This document shows positions 29,977-40,419 of a stretch of DNA of 64,000 nucleotides, piece by piece. Both the position numbers and the translations under genes were made by a program. The DNA is taken from positions 38,985-102,984 of the IMG/VR virus record IMGVR_UViG_3300035698_035364; one strand, 5' to 3'. Origin of the DNA: a virus. The first letter of the stretch is position 1, and each line of letters begins with the position of its first letter. A model generated the notes under the pieces. It saw only the letters and a list, made by a program, of their open reading frames with translations, did no database searches and was not told the origin of the DNA.

Positions 29977-31554
29977 TTGGCATCCGATCAAATCGTATTA
30001 AAAGTCGATCATAATGTTACTTATGTTATTGGTAGATTAGATGGGGAAGTGTATAAGAAGTTCAAAAAAGAGCTGGGGTACATGCCCGAAGATGCTTATT
30101 GGATGGTTCAGAAGCATAGAGAAGGTTTGGTGGATCAAATGGGGAATGTGAAACCGGGGAATGAGTGGAAGATGGAGTGGGACGGTAGCATTTCTACCGT
30201 TTGTTGGAGTAAAGCCCATTGCCATTGTCATGTCAAAAAACAAGGAACACATTTTTCGACTGGCTTATTAAGTAAGGCAGTGGAATTTTTCAAAAAAAAC
30301 AATATCCCATTCCGAAGAGAAGATGTTAGACATAAAACTACTAAGACTAATAAATATTCTATGTCAGAAGATTTTGAGAGTCGAGATTATCAGCAAGATG
30401 TAATTGATCGAGTAGTAGGTAATGGCAATGGTGGTATCGATAGAGGAATTATTAAATGTGCTACGGGTGGAGGCAAAACCCCTTTGGCCTGTGGGATAAT
30501 ATCTGGTTTGGGTGTTACCTCAACTATTTTCTATGTCCCTTCTATTGATCTGTTGATCCAGACCAAAGATGAAATAGAAAAGTTTATAAGAGAAAATGGT
30601 ATGCCCGTAGAGGTGGGAATGGTGGGTGGAGGCCATAAAGATATAAAAGATATAACTGTCATGACTATACAGACGGCAGTAAGGACGTTAGGGGGAGTTT
30701 GGGTTAAGTTTGACGAAGATGACAAGAATAAAGATGATACCACGATAGATGATAGAAATGGTGAGGTTAAAAAGCTAATCCGGGATTGTAGATTGATGAT
30801 TTGTGACGAAGTGCAGCATTGGGCAGCAGAAACATGTCAGATTATATCGGATGCTTCTATCAATTGTCAGTATAAGTATGGTTTTAGTGCTACTCCATGG
30901 AGAGATGCGGGAGATGATATTTTAATTGATGGTTGTTTCGGAAAATGCATAGCAGATATTAATGCTTCAGTTCTGATCAAAAGAGGCTTCTTAGTTAAGC
31001 CCACTATTTATTTCGTTACTATAAATAATATGAAAGGCATAGGAAAGAGAAATTATCAAAGCCTTTATAAAAAAGCGATAGTGGAAAATGAATTTAGAAA
31101 TAGTCAGATGGTGGAGTTGGCTACTAGGTTTAGAGATAAAGGTAGAAACGTTTTAATTTTAATTAAGCATATAGCCCATGGTAAATGTTTGGAAGAGTTG
31201 ATACCGGAGAGTACGTTTTTATATGGGGGAACCTCAAAGAAGAAAAGAAAAATACATTTGGATAGGATGAGGAATGCTAAGTCGGGGATTATTACTATTG
31301 CTAGTGTGATCTTCGACGAAGGGATTAATGTGAGATCTCTAAATGCTCTTATTTTGGGAGGGTCTGGTCGTTCAGCTACCAGGGCGTTGCAGAGAGTGGG
31401 AAGAGCATTAAGACCTTATGAGGGGAAAAAAGATGCGATAGTAGTAGACTTTATGGATCATTGCAAATATATGTTAGCACATAGTAAAAGAAGAGAGGAT
31501 ATGTATCGAACTGAAGAAGAATTTGTAATAAACATAATAAAAGAGCTTAAGTAA
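29977..31554 (+). CDS. Superfamily 2 DExH helicase (UvsW/XPB-like)
   Basis: RDYQ Q-motif, ATGGGKT, DEVQH, SATP, FDEGIN, QRVGRALR. Confidence 0.92.
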   Translation: MASDQIVLKVDHNVTYVIGRLDGEVYKKFKKELGYMPEDAYWMVQKHREGLVDQMGNVKPGNEWKMEWDGSISTVCWSKAHCHCHVKKQGTHFSTGLLSKAVEFFKKNNIPFRREDVRHKTTKTNKYSMSEDFESRDYQQDVIDRVVGNGNGGIDRGIIKCATGGGKTPLACGIISGLGVTSTIFYVPSIDLLIQTKDEIEKFIRENGMPVEVGMVGGGHKDIKDITVMTIQTAVRTLGGVWVKFDEDDKNKDDTTIDDRNGEVKKLIRDCRLMICDEVQHWAAETCQIISDASINCQYKYGFSATPWRDAGDDILIDGCFGKCIADINASVLIKRGFLVKPTIYFVTINNMKGIGKRNYQSLYKKAIVENEFRNSQMVELATRFRDKGRNVLILIKHIAHGKCLEELIPESTFLYGGTSKKKRKIHLDRMRNAKSGIITIASVIFDEGINVRSLNALILGGSGRSATRALQRVGRALRPYEGKKDAIVVDFMDHCKYMLAHSKRREDMYRTEEEFVINIIKELK

Positions 31555-32501
31555 TGGGCACAGACGACGATATGAAGGAAATTTTTGCCGATATCAAAAA
31601 AACTTCACCTGATAAAATAGAAGTGACAAATATTAGCACAAAAAAGCCTAAACGATCTGGTAAAAAATCGGGTAAGAGTAGTAAGATGAATGCCTCTCAT
31701 GTAGATAATCAAGAAGGGCTGAGTCTGACTAATATGGGCACTAATTTTATAGAATATGGGGAAGTTAAAAAAACTAAGACATATAGAAGGAAAGAACATT
31801 TAGAGGAATGGACTGCTTTTGACTTTTTTGAGTTTACTCATGATTTATATAAAAAGAAGTATAAAATAGTTTGGGGTCTTAAAAGAGGTGGATGTAGTTT
31901 AGAGATCAACAGGATTTTTGACAGGTTGGAAGATATGTTCGGGTTTGTTAGTAATCTAGTGATGAAAGATTACATCGTGTTTTTCTTCAATCACTATGCA
32001 GATTTTTATAAAAAGAAATATGGTGGATTTTATTTCTCACAGATGAAATATGATGCGGCGTTAAAATCATTTAGTGATTCTTATGATTATAGAGCAAGAT
32101 TTATAAAATATATCAATAGCAGAAAACAAGAACAACAAAAGGATAGTTTTTTAACGGATAAAGAAATAAGTGCATCTTATTCCCTAAGTCCTATGCGTAT
32201 GATTTGTAGTTATGGAATAGTTATTGCTGTTAATTGGCTAATGATGAATCAAGGGGTTAGTGAGAGAGAGGCCATTATATCTGTGTTAGGCGATTGTAAA
32301 AAGATAGATAGAAGGGGAACGTTGGACACAGCGGTAAGGATGACGGAGTTTTATTCTCCGTATCCTGATTGGTTGATATTTAAAAAGCCTCAGTTGCTTT
32401 TTAGTAAGGTAGACCAGGATAGGGAGAATATGGAGTTGAATGTTAGTTTCGATACTTCGGAAGAAAGGTTTGGTTTTTTGAACAAGGTCAAAGATGAGTA
32501 A
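31554..32501 (+). CDS. Hypothetical protein in replication cluster
   Basis: 315-aa ORF coupled to helicase and IF3 genes. Confidence 0.65.
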   Translation: MGTDDDMKEIFADIKKTSPDKIEVTNISTKKPKRSGKKSGKSSKMNASHVDNQEGLSLTNMGTNFIEYGEVKKTKTYRRKEHLEEWTAFDFFEFTHDLYKKKYKIVWGLKRGGCSLEINRIFDRLEDMFGFVSNLVMKDYIVFFFNHYADFYKKKYGGFYFSQMKYDAALKSFSDSYDYRARFIKYINSRKQEQQKDSFLTDKEISASYSLSPMRMICSYGIVIAVNWLMMNQGVSEREAIISVLGDCKKIDRRGTLDTAVRMTEFYSPYPDWLIFKKPQLLFSKVDQDRENMELNVSFDTSEERFGFLNKVKDE

Positions 32502-33003
32502 AAATTATAATATCAATTATCAGATAAGAGAAAGAGAAGTTAACGTAGTAGTCGATGGGAAAATGGTGGAAAGTGTTTTAATGCAAGACGCTATTGAGAT
32601 GGCCGAGCAAAGGGAAATGGATCTAGTTGAAGTATCCCCTTCTCATGGGGATAAATTGGCCGTTTGTAAAGTGTTGGATTACGGCAAATTAAAATATGAG
32701 GATAAGAAGAAAAGTAAGACTCGCCCTCACGTTATCCCGGTAAAAGAGGTAAGATGCAAAATGAAAATATCGGATCACGATTTAGAAACTAAGCATCGGC
32801 AGATAGTTAGGTTTTTAGAGAAAAAGCATAAAGTCAGATATACATGGCAGCTAAAGGGCAGAGAGAAGCAGATGGTTAATAATACTATGCAGAGGGTCAA
32901 AGCCCATTTGAAGAGGTTAGAAGAGTTTGCTAAGTTTGCTGAGCCTAGATCTTCTACTTCTGGGAAGCAAACAATAATTATTACAATTTTAGAACCAATT
33001 TAG
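32494..33003 (+). CDS. infC: Translation initiation factor IF-3 (phage-encoded)
   Basis: IN.QI..REV, DLVEVSP, VCKVLDYGKLKYE, KEVR, I.DHDLETK, FLEK..KV, KGRE. Confidence 0.9.
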   Translation: MSKNYNINYQIREREVNVVVDGKMVESVLMQDAIEMAEQREMDLVEVSPSHGDKLAVCKVLDYGKLKYEDKKKSKTRPHVIPVKEVRCKMKISDHDLETKHRQIVRFLEKKHKVRYTWQLKGREKQMVNNTMQRVKAHLKRLEEFAKFAEPRSSTSGKQTIIITILEPI

Positions 33004-33032
33004 TTGAGAAGTGGAAATATTAGTCGTATTCT
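33004..33032 (+). promoter_or_regulatory. Sigma70-like promoter with conserved AGTGGAAA spacer (copy 2)
   Basis: TTGAGA-N17-TATTCT upstream of the AAA+ gene. Confidence 0.5.
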
Positions 33033-33062
33033 GGGAGAAAGTAGTTTTGAAAGGTTAAAACG

Positions 33063-34736
33063 ATGGCGAAAGAAGTTACAAAAGAAGCAAGTATAAAAAT
33101 ATTAAAAGAGATCACTACTCCGAAGTTCAAAAGTGATTTTTCTACACTTTTAAGAACTCGTTATCCTCTATTCTTCGTTCAGACTGTTGAGGAAGTTCGT
33201 TTCACGAATTTTCTTGCCCATTTTAGTAGGGCAAAGGGGTATGAATGTTATATGTGGGATAGTTATTTGGGTTTGTTAGATGTGAAAACCAAGAAACCTG
33301 CTGGTGGAGCATCTTCTGATCTAAAAAATGATCCTCTGGCTATTCTGGACCATGTTTATAGTCAGGCCAAAATATATGAGAAGAAAAGAGGATCGGTAGA
33401 GGCTAAGAAGAAAGCGGGAGTCAATGGGATTGTATTCGTTCTGTTGGATTTCTTCAGGTTTGTAGAAGAAGTTCCTGATATTGAGAGACGGTTGAAAGCT
33501 ATTGCTCACACTAATTCCATAGTGTCGGCAGTGGTAACCGGCCCTTGCTATACGGCTACAAATACGTTGGAGAATTTGATGCCTTCAGTGGACTTCCCCT
33601 ATTCCAATCCTCAAGAAATCAAACATGCTTTATACCAAGTGGTTAAAGGGGTGTCGGTCAAGATGCCCAAGGTGGTCGAGAAAACCAGGAAAAGAGAAGA
33701 AGAGTTGATTGGTGCGGTAAGTGGTTTGACTTTAATGGAGGCACAATCGGCATTCTCAAAATCTTTGGTATTGCATAAAGATTGGGATCTCCCCACGATT
33801 TTAGAAGAAAAGAAACAGATCATTAACAAAAATGGCATGTTGGAATTTTTCGATAAACGTGTTTCGATGGATGAGGTAGGAGGATTGAAAAAGTTGGTAA
33901 GTTGGATCGAAAACAGGTCAAGGTGCTTTACTGCTGAGGCGGAGGAGTATGGCCTGAAAAAACCAAGAGGTTTATTGACAATAGGTATGCCGGGATGCGG
34001 TAAGTCGTTAGTGTGTAAGGCTATTAGCCATGCTTGGAAAATGCCTTTGTTGCGTCTTGATTTTGGTAGGTTGTTCGGCTCTTTAGTTGGTGATTCTGAG
34101 AAGAATGCTAGAATAGCTATTAAATTAGCCGAAGCAGTAGCTCCGTCTATACTATGGATAGACGAAATCGAAAAAGCTATTGCAGGAGTGAGATCGAGCG
34201 GCAGCACTGATGGTGGAACAACAAGTAGAGTATTATCGACTTTTCTGACGTGGATGCAAGAGAAAGATTCTCCAGTATTTGTAGTTGCCACTGCCAATGA
34301 CCACGCAGCTATCCCTCCTGAATTTTTAAGAGCAGGTAGGTTCGATGAGATATTCTTCGTGGATTTACCTAATATTGACGAGAGAAAAGATATATTTAAT
34401 GTCCTTTTGAAGAAGAATAATTTGGACCCGAAGAGATTTGATTTGCATGAGTTGGCTGCCCATACTGATACTTACAGTGGTGCAGAAATAGAAAAGGCAA
34501 TCGATAATGCCATGTTAATAGGTTTCATGGATGGTAAACGGGAAATTAGTAATCCAGATATTATTACGGCCGCTCAGGGTTTTGTCACCTTATTCAAAAT
34601 GAGAGATACCGACTTTGAAGATTTGAGAGATTGGGCTGACAAAAGATGTGTTAAGGCTAATGAGGATTGTGTAAGTGTGATAGGCCCTTCAGGTGATACT
34701 GCTAGGGAATTAGATTTAGATGGGGATTTGACGTAG
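33063..34736 (+). CDS. AAA+ ATPase, Ycf46/SpoVK-like
   Basis: RTRYPLFFVQTVEEVR N-domain, VGGLKKL, GMPGCGKS, ILWIDEIEK, VATAN, PPEFLRAGRFDEIFFVDLP. Confidence 0.9.
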   Translation: MAKEVTKEASIKILKEITTPKFKSDFSTLLRTRYPLFFVQTVEEVRFTNFLAHFSRAKGYECYMWDSYLGLLDVKTKKPAGGASSDLKNDPLAILDHVYSQAKIYEKKRGSVEAKKKAGVNGIVFVLLDFFRFVEEVPDIERRLKAIAHTNSIVSAVVTGPCYTATNTLENLMPSVDFPYSNPQEIKHALYQVVKGVSVKMPKVVEKTRKREEELIGAVSGLTLMEAQSAFSKSLVLHKDWDLPTILEEKKQIINKNGMLEFFDKRVSMDEVGGLKKLVSWIENRSRCFTAEAEEYGLKKPRGLLTIGMPGCGKSLVCKAISHAWKMPLLRLDFGRLFGSLVGDSEKNARIAIKLAEAVAPSILWIDEIEKAIAGVRSSGSTDGGTTSRVLSTFLTWMQEKDSPVFVVATANDHAAIPPEFLRAGRFDEIFFVDLPNIDERKDIFNVLLKKNNLDPKRFDLHELAAHTDTYSGAEIEKAIDNAMLIGFMDGKREISNPDIITAAQGFVTLFKMRDTDFEDLRDWADKRCVKANEDCVSVIGPSGDTARELDLDGDLT

Positions 34737-34740
34737 AGTT

Positions 34741-35607
34741 ATGAAGAACATAGAGGCAGTTAAAAAAAAATATTTGATCTTCTTTGCTCAGAAGTATTTT
34801 AACGAAAAAGATATTTACCGGCTGTCCGAGCAAGATCTTTTTAGGTGTAAAACTCTTGCTGAGGTATGGGCATATATTGATACGGTAATTCCTGATGGAT
34901 ATGGTAAGTATAGTATTTTTGATTTTGATGGTCGAGCGATAGACGAGAGAACTAGACAGAAAAAAACTATTTTACCCGCATCGATAGTTATCCCTGCCAA
35001 GAATGTTATTTGCCAATATTGCTGGGGAATTGATTGGCCTGAGATCAGGGGTAGTTGTAATGATGATGAAAAAGAAATGATAATGTTTTTGAGGAAAAGA
35101 TCTATTTTAAGGAGAAGATGGCGGAGGGGGAATAATGTTGTCATCTTTGGTGGTATGGATGTCCCGGCAGGGAGAAGTATGCTGGCATCTATAGTTATGA
35201 AAGAAGCTATAAAACTTCGTTTGACTAAAAGAACTATAGGCCACACGTATGATTGGATAGATTTCTCTACTTTGTTAAAAGCTGCTGAGAAAGATAGTTA
35301 TGATAAAGATTCTTTGGACTTGGTAGATTATAAAAGGTGTGATTGGTTGGTGGTAGATAATATTGTGGATCTTACCCGAAGTCCAGGTCAAAAAACTTTT
35401 ATCATAGATCATGTCGATGCATTTTTTAATGAGAGGTTCTATAATAAATTACCTACTATTTTAGTATTTAAATTTGATATCAGGAAGGCTATTTCGATAG
35501 AGGATAATGATTTTGGTATGGGCATCTCCCGTATCTTAAAAAGTGAGAGAACTTATCTTCTACCTTTGTCAGAAGAAATAAAAGAAGATACGCCTTTATT
35601 AGAGTAA
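34741..35607 (+). CDS. DnaC/IstB-like helicase loader with degenerate Walker A
   Basis: IP..Y...SIFDF, IFGGMDVPAGRS, CDWLVVDNI, NERFYNKLPTI; directly upstream of DnaB. Confidence 0.6.
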   Translation: MKNIEAVKKKYLIFFAQKYFNEKDIYRLSEQDLFRCKTLAEVWAYIDTVIPDGYGKYSIFDFDGRAIDERTRQKKTILPASIVIPAKNVICQYCWGIDWPEIRGSCNDDEKEMIMFLRKRSILRRRWRRGNNVVIFGGMDVPAGRSMLASIVMKEAIKLRLTKRTIGHTYDWIDFSTLLKAAEKDSYDKDSLDLVDYKRCDWLVVDNIVDLTRSPGQKTFIIDHVDAFFNERFYNKLPTILVFKFDIRKAISIEDNDFGMGISRILKSERTYLLPLSEEIKEDTPLLE

Positions 35608-37175
35608 TGAATAATATGACCAAAAATAATCAAGATATGTCTCGAACAGAGAGAGATTTAATATACCTGTTACTTCGTGAAAGAGAATGTATATCAGATT
35701 TTATCGATAGTGGTTTGCCTGTTGAAATTTTTGATGATAATTTCCGTTTATTGGTTAGGGAGATTATTAGTGCATATACTCTTGATGATGTCCTACTGAC
35801 ACGTAAGACTTTTGTAGAGAAAATAAAAGGTTTCAAAGTCCCCAAGGAGAGAATCGCTCAAGAGTTAATATTTGCTAGTTGCTATGCTTCTAAAACAAAT
35901 ATTGATGATCTCCCTATGCTACTGAAAAAGTTGTTGGATGAGCATACCCAGAAATCTATTAATCAATCGTTGGATAAGCTATCTAAGAATATAAATAGTG
36001 GGAAGGATCCACTTTCTTCTGTCAAGCAACTTATTGATGATTGTCAAGGTATTGTGGAAACTTCTTTCGATCAGGGAACCAAAATATTTTATGACGATAT
36101 CAGAGTGTTGTCTAAGGAAAAAACTCAGTATATTAAAGATGTTAAAGATGGGAAAATAGAAGAAGAACCTTTGGTTCTAACCGGCTTTAAAGAGATGGAT
36201 GAGATCATGGTAATCGGTTTAGCCAAAGGCACACTTGCTTTATATTGTGCTGATGTGGGAGGGTTCAAATCAACCATAATGTTGAATGTGGGGTTGAATG
36301 TATGGCGTTATGGTTACAATGTATTATTTGTTCCATTAGAGATGCACAGAGATCAGATGTGGAATAAAGCATGTGCAAGAGAAGCTAGACTACCTTTGGG
36401 AGTTATTACTAGTAATAGAAAAAACATAACAGAGGAACAGTTCCAAAAAATAGTCAATATGAATACTCAATGGGATGCGTTAAATGGGAAGTTCTATATC
36501 ATGCAACAGCCAGGAAAAACATCGGTATCCGATATAGAGAGACAGATTGAAAAACACGTAGAGATTTTTCAACCTCGATTGATTGTAGTTGATTATGTTG
36601 CTAATTTGGAGGCAGATAAGGAGAGGCATGGTAGGAATGATTTGGAATTAGGTGATATGTTAAAGTATATGCGACAGATGGGCAAAGATCTTAACTTTGC
36701 GATTATTACAGGGGCACAGATTGGAAGAGACGCTCTCAAAAGATTAAGAAAAGCAGGTGCTAATAAAGATAAGCCAGTGATTCATTCTGAAGATTTGAGA
36801 GGTTCTCATGAATTAGCAGCGGATGCTGATTGTATTTTTGCTCAATTAAAGAGTTCATCCCAACCCAATGAGTTGTTGGATTTGTATGTAGTTAAATCAA
36901 GAATGGGTCCGAATACTTTTGCTAACAACTCGATTAGAGCAACTTTAGAGGTTTATCCTGATATTAGTTTGATTAAGAGTCCGAGTAATTTCGATGATAT
37001 GCCGGTAGATGAGACTCTGGTAGAGATGTTAGATAAAACAGAAACCGAAGATGTAATTGCTAGTAAAGATAGTTTATTTGATCAAGAAGAGGATTGGAGC
37101 CAATTGGCAGGGTTAGACGATGTGGCAGAGAAAAGTGAAGAGGAAGAAGAAAATATAGAAGACCTTTTGAGTTAA
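35607..37175 (+). CDS. dnaB: Replicative DNA helicase, DnaB-like
   Basis: TGFKEMD, ADVGGFKS, PLEM, LIVVDY, GAQIGR, DLRGSHEL..DAD, VVKSRMG. Confidence 0.88.
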   Translation: MNNMTKNNQDMSRTERDLIYLLLRERECISDFIDSGLPVEIFDDNFRLLVREIISAYTLDDVLLTRKTFVEKIKGFKVPKERIAQELIFASCYASKTNIDDLPMLLKKLLDEHTQKSINQSLDKLSKNINSGKDPLSSVKQLIDDCQGIVETSFDQGTKIFYDDIRVLSKEKTQYIKDVKDGKIEEEPLVLTGFKEMDEIMVIGLAKGTLALYCADVGGFKSTIMLNVGLNVWRYGYNVLFVPLEMHRDQMWNKACAREARLPLGVITSNRKNITEEQFQKIVNMNTQWDALNGKFYIMQQPGKTSVSDIERQIEKHVEIFQPRLIVVDYVANLEADKERHGRNDLELGDMLKYMRQMGKDLNFAIITGAQIGRDALKRLRKAGANKDKPVIHSEDLRGSHELAADADCIFAQLKSSSQPNELLDLYVVKSRMGPNTFANNSIRATLEVYPDISLIKSPSNFDDMPVDETLVEMLDKTETEDVIASKDSLFDQEEDWSQLAGLDDVAEKSEEEEENIEDLLS

Positions 37176-37177
37176 AA

Positions 37178-37810
37178 ATGATAGCTGCTTATTTAGATAA
37201 AATATTTAAGGAAAAGAAAATAACAGATTTTCTGGCGGAGAGGAATATCCTCCCTGTGAAAGAAGATGCAGAGAAATATCTGTACCATTGCCCCCTGCAT
37301 AAAGGAGATAATACTCCATCTTTTATGGTATTTAAGCCAGGAGTCAAAAAGCATGATTATGAAAATTTCTATTGCTTTGGATGTCATAACGGCATCAACA
37401 TTATTAATTTGTTGAGTGAGTTCGATAATATCTCTTTAAGTGATGCTACTCGTCAGTTGTTACGAGGGATTGATATAAATGAAGTTAGTGTGATGGACAC
37501 TATTATTAAGGCAATTGATGAAGGGAAAGTATCAGTCGGAGATAATAAAGAAATTGAACATATGTTAATTGCTATTAGTATAGCTTGTAAAAATCATTTA
37601 GATTCGTATCGTGACCATGAGGAAGTAGTATTTTTAGAAGAAGTTTTTAAGAGAGTAGATCGTTTAGCCCAAGCTAAAAATGAAGTTGCTTTAAGACAGG
37701 TATATGATTTTATTTTTGATATCGGTTTACCTAAAAGGGTGGAAGATTATCAAAAGAGGGAAGACTATAAAATGCTAAATAAAGTGAAGGGTAGATCATG
37801 GCAGATTTAA
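37178..37810 (+). CDS. Stand-alone CHC2 zinc-finger protein (primase zinc-binding domain)
   Basis: CPLHKGDNTPSF...FYCFGC..G.NII; no TOPRIM domain. Confidence 0.82.
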   Translation: MIAAYLDKIFKEKKITDFLAERNILPVKEDAEKYLYHCPLHKGDNTPSFMVFKPGVKKHDYENFYCFGCHNGINIINLLSEFDNISLSDATRQLLRGIDINEVSVMDTIIKAIDEGKVSVGDNKEIEHMLIAISIACKNHLDSYRDHEEVVFLEEVFKRVDRLAQAKNEVALRQVYDFIFDIGLPKRVEDYQKREDYKMLNKVKGRSWQI

Positions 37811-38232
37811 ATATGAATCCGGAGATGGCCGGGGAAGAATATAATCTTGATTTTACTGATCTTACTCTTAACGAAACAGACGGTGATTATGAAGCGGTAA
37901 AGACGATTATGGACGTTGAACCTCCTTATAACCACAAATGGGTATTAGGGAGTGATGTTACGATTCTTAGTCGTTTAAGTATGGGGATTATGAGTATACA
38001 GTGTCATTCCGATGGGAAGATTTATATTTTAGATCATACATCGACTTTGGGAGAGATGTTCTATAATAAGGAGATTGAAGCGTTTGTAGGGTGGGCACAA
38101 GCGAATGGATGGGAGCAACCTTGTGTTCATGTTAGTTTAGCTAAGGCCAAACCTAAGTTTTGGAGACATTTTTGGGATTTATCAGTTGTTGGTTGTGAAC
38201 ATTTTGATGAGGTATATGGAAAAGATATATAA
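37798..38232 (+). CDS. Hypothetical protein
   Basis: 144-aa ORF overlapping the upstream gene. Confidence 0.65.
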   Translation: MADLNMNPEMAGEEYNLDFTDLTLNETDGDYEAVKTIMDVEPPYNHKWVLGSDVTILSRLSMGIMSIQCHSDGKIYILDHTSTLGEMFYNKEIEAFVGWAQANGWEQPCVHVSLAKAKPKFWRHFWDLSVVGCEHFDEVYGKDI

Positions 38233-38235
38233 AAT

Positions 38236-38883
38236 ATGATTGTCTCTCACAAACATAAGTTTATTTTCATGAAGCCAAAAAAAGTTGGAGGAACCAGTGT
38301 TCAGATTGCGTTGGCCGAGCAATGTCCTTCTACTGATATTTTATCTAATCTCATACCATTTAGAAGTTATGCTGACACCGATAAGTATGTGTATAATAAA
38401 AGTTATTCTGTCGCACCTCATGCTAAGCCTTTAGTTGTTAAGATGATAATAGGTAGAGATAAATGGAGGGATTATTTTAAAATAGCTATTATAAGAAATC
38501 CTTGGGACATGGCAGTTTCTCATTATTGGTATTGGGGTAGGCGTTATGGTAATTCTAAGAATGGGAATCATGAGCTAGGATTTCAGGCGTATTTGACGGA
38601 AAGAGGAAATGAATGGGGAACAGATAATCTTAATTTCTATTTCAATAGACATAACAATCCTATTATGGACTGCTATCTTAGATTTGAACATTTGGAGGAA
38701 GATTATAGGGATCTATGCGAAAAGTTGGGGCTAGAGTATAAAAAGCTGCCTAGAACAAAAGATAAATTTCGGTCTAACAAGATGCACTATTCTAGATATT
38801 ATAATGAGGCATCTAAAGAGTTAGTTAGAAGTTGTTATTTGCATTATATAGACCATTTTAAATATAGTTTTGAAGAGGTATAA
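38236..38883 (+). CDS. Sulfotransferase family 2 protein
   Basis: MIVSHKHKFIF..PKKVGGTS (PAPS loop), IRNPWD..VS.Y, LRFEHLEED, HYSRYY. Confidence 0.85.
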   Translation: MIVSHKHKFIFMKPKKVGGTSVQIALAEQCPSTDILSNLIPFRSYADTDKYVYNKSYSVAPHAKPLVVKMIIGRDKWRDYFKIAIIRNPWDMAVSHYWYWGRRYGNSKNGNHELGFQAYLTERGNEWGTDNLNFYFNRHNNPIMDCYLRFEHLEEDYRDLCEKLGLEYKKLPRTKDKFRSNKMHYSRYYNEASKELVRSCYLHYIDHFKYSFEEV

Positions 38884-38884
38884 A

Positions 38885-39220
38885 ATGCAGGAGAAAGTAG
38901 AACATAAAATAACTAAGAATGAATATTCATGCGATTGGTGTGGGGAAAAAGTAGAACATGGATATGGAGTTATACAGCGTTGTGTAATTTGTGGTAGAGA
39001 TTGTTGTAACAAACACTCCGTAAAAGATCCTGAAGAAGATTACCATGAAATAACTTGTCGTTGTATAGAGTGTGGCCCAATATCTGATCCATACTATAAA
39101 CAGTTAAAAGAATTAGAAGACGAGTATGATAAAAAAGATAGTGATGTTAGGGACAAAATGAAGAAAGCATGTTTAGATAATATAAAGGCTATAAAAGATG
39201 GAAAATCTAGTAGTATTTAG
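38885..39220 (+). CDS. Cys-rich zinc-finger hypothetical protein
   Basis: CDWC, CVICGRDCC..H, CIEC; GAGG RBS before ATG 38885. Confidence 0.65.
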   Translation: MQEKVEHKITKNEYSCDWCGEKVEHGYGVIQRCVICGRDCCNKHSVKDPEEDYHEITCRCIECGPISDPYYKQLKELEDEYDKKDSDVRDKMKKACLDNIKAIKDGKSSSI

Positions 39221-40181
39221 CGGATCAGCCAATAAGAAGTTAACTAGTGATATGTGTGCCTGTGCCGACATTCCAATGGGAAAAGCCAATATATATCATT
39301 TTCCCGATGGGGAAACTATGGTAAAGGTGGAGCAAGATGTAAGAGGAAGAGACTGTTTTATCGTACAGTCAACTTCTCCACCAGTGAATGAAAATTTGAT
39401 GGAGTTACTTATTTTCATTGACTGCTTAAAAAGGTCATCGGCCAGGAGCATTACTATAATGATTCCTTATTATGGATATGCTCGTCAAGATAGGAAAACT
39501 GGTGGCAGAACTCCAATTACAGCTAGATTAGTGGCGGATCTTCTACAGCAAGCAGGAGCAACAAGATTAGTTGCAGTTGATTTACATGCGGAGCAGATCG
39601 AAGGTTTCTTTGATATCCCTGTAGACCATTTAAGGGCGTTCCCTGTTTTAGTGAATCATTTTAAATCTAAGAATCTGGAAAATACTATTGTGTTATCCCC
39701 TGATGTGGGGAACGCTAAAATAGCAGATGGTTATGCTCAAAAGTTAGGATTAGATCTGGCTATTATAGATAAAAGAAGGGTCAATGGGGAAGAAGTAGTA
39801 AATAAAGATATAGTAGATGACGTTAAAGATAAGAACGTTTTAATGTTTGATGATATGATATCGACGGCCGGAACGATTTGTGCTGCTTCAGATTTTGCCA
39901 AGCAGCATGGGGCCAAAGATATTCATGTGGCAGCAACTCATGGGTTATTTTCAGGAGCGGCTGGGACAAAACTAAAACAGAGTAGTATAGACGGAGTAGT
40001 GGTAACAGATACAACTGTATTCAATGGTGAAATAAAGGCAATGTCAAACCAGGAGGGTTTTACATTTCCTAACATAGAGGTGGTGTCGGTGGCTAAATTG
40101 TTGGGAGAGGCTATTTGGAGAATATACCAGCATAGATCGGTGAGTGCGTTGTTGAGTAGTGATTATGGATTTTTTGTGTAA
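39198..40181 (+). CDS. prs: Ribose-phosphate pyrophosphokinase (PRPP synthetase)
   Basis: FPDGE, PYYGYARQDRK, DLHAEQIEGFF, SPDVG, DKRR, DDMISTAGT, ATHGLFS. Confidence 0.96.
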   Translation: MENLVVFSGSANKKLTSDMCACADIPMGKANIYHFPDGETMVKVEQDVRGRDCFIVQSTSPPVNENLMELLIFIDCLKRSSARSITIMIPYYGYARQDRKTGGRTPITARLVADLLQQAGATRLVAVDLHAEQIEGFFDIPVDHLRAFPVLVNHFKSKNLENTIVLSPDVGNAKIADGYAQKLGLDLAIIDKRRVNGEEVVNKDIVDDVKDKNVLMFDDMISTAGTICAASDFAKQHGAKDIHVAATHGLFSGAAGTKLKQSSIDGVVVTDTTVFNGEIKAMSNQEGFTFPNIEVVSVAKLLGEAIWRIYQHRSVSALLSSDYGFFV

Positions 40182-40419
40182 TAGGTGTCAGCATCGTTTT
40201 AGTCGAGATAAGTATATAGACGATGTAATAGTAGAGGAATATGTAAATATATATGGAACATGTTGCCCTAATTGTGGGAATGTGGTGGAACCATCGAGAA
40301 AACCTCGATTTATAGAGGAGAGAGAATTAAAACTAATGAAGTTGAAAGCAGAAGCTTTAGATTTGGTTAGGAGGAAATTAAAGGAGCAAAGAAATGGCTA
40401 TAGAGGAAAAACCAACTAG
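40165..40419 (+). CDS. Small zinc-ribbon protein
   Basis: CNRC...CPNCG. Confidence 0.6.
   Translation: MDFLCNRCQHRFSRDKYIDDVIVEEYVNIYGTCCPNCGNVVEPSRKPRFIEERELKLMKLKAEALDLVRRKLKEQRNGYRGKTN

Noticed and set aside
32455-32501. EERFGFLNK as another copy of the terminal tag
   Set aside because: Lacks the [D/E]-hydrophobic ending; not counted.
33611-34297. 228-aa antisense ORF and other minus-strand or nested ORFs in the track
   Set aside because: Shadows of well-supported plus-strand genes; no motifs or RBS.
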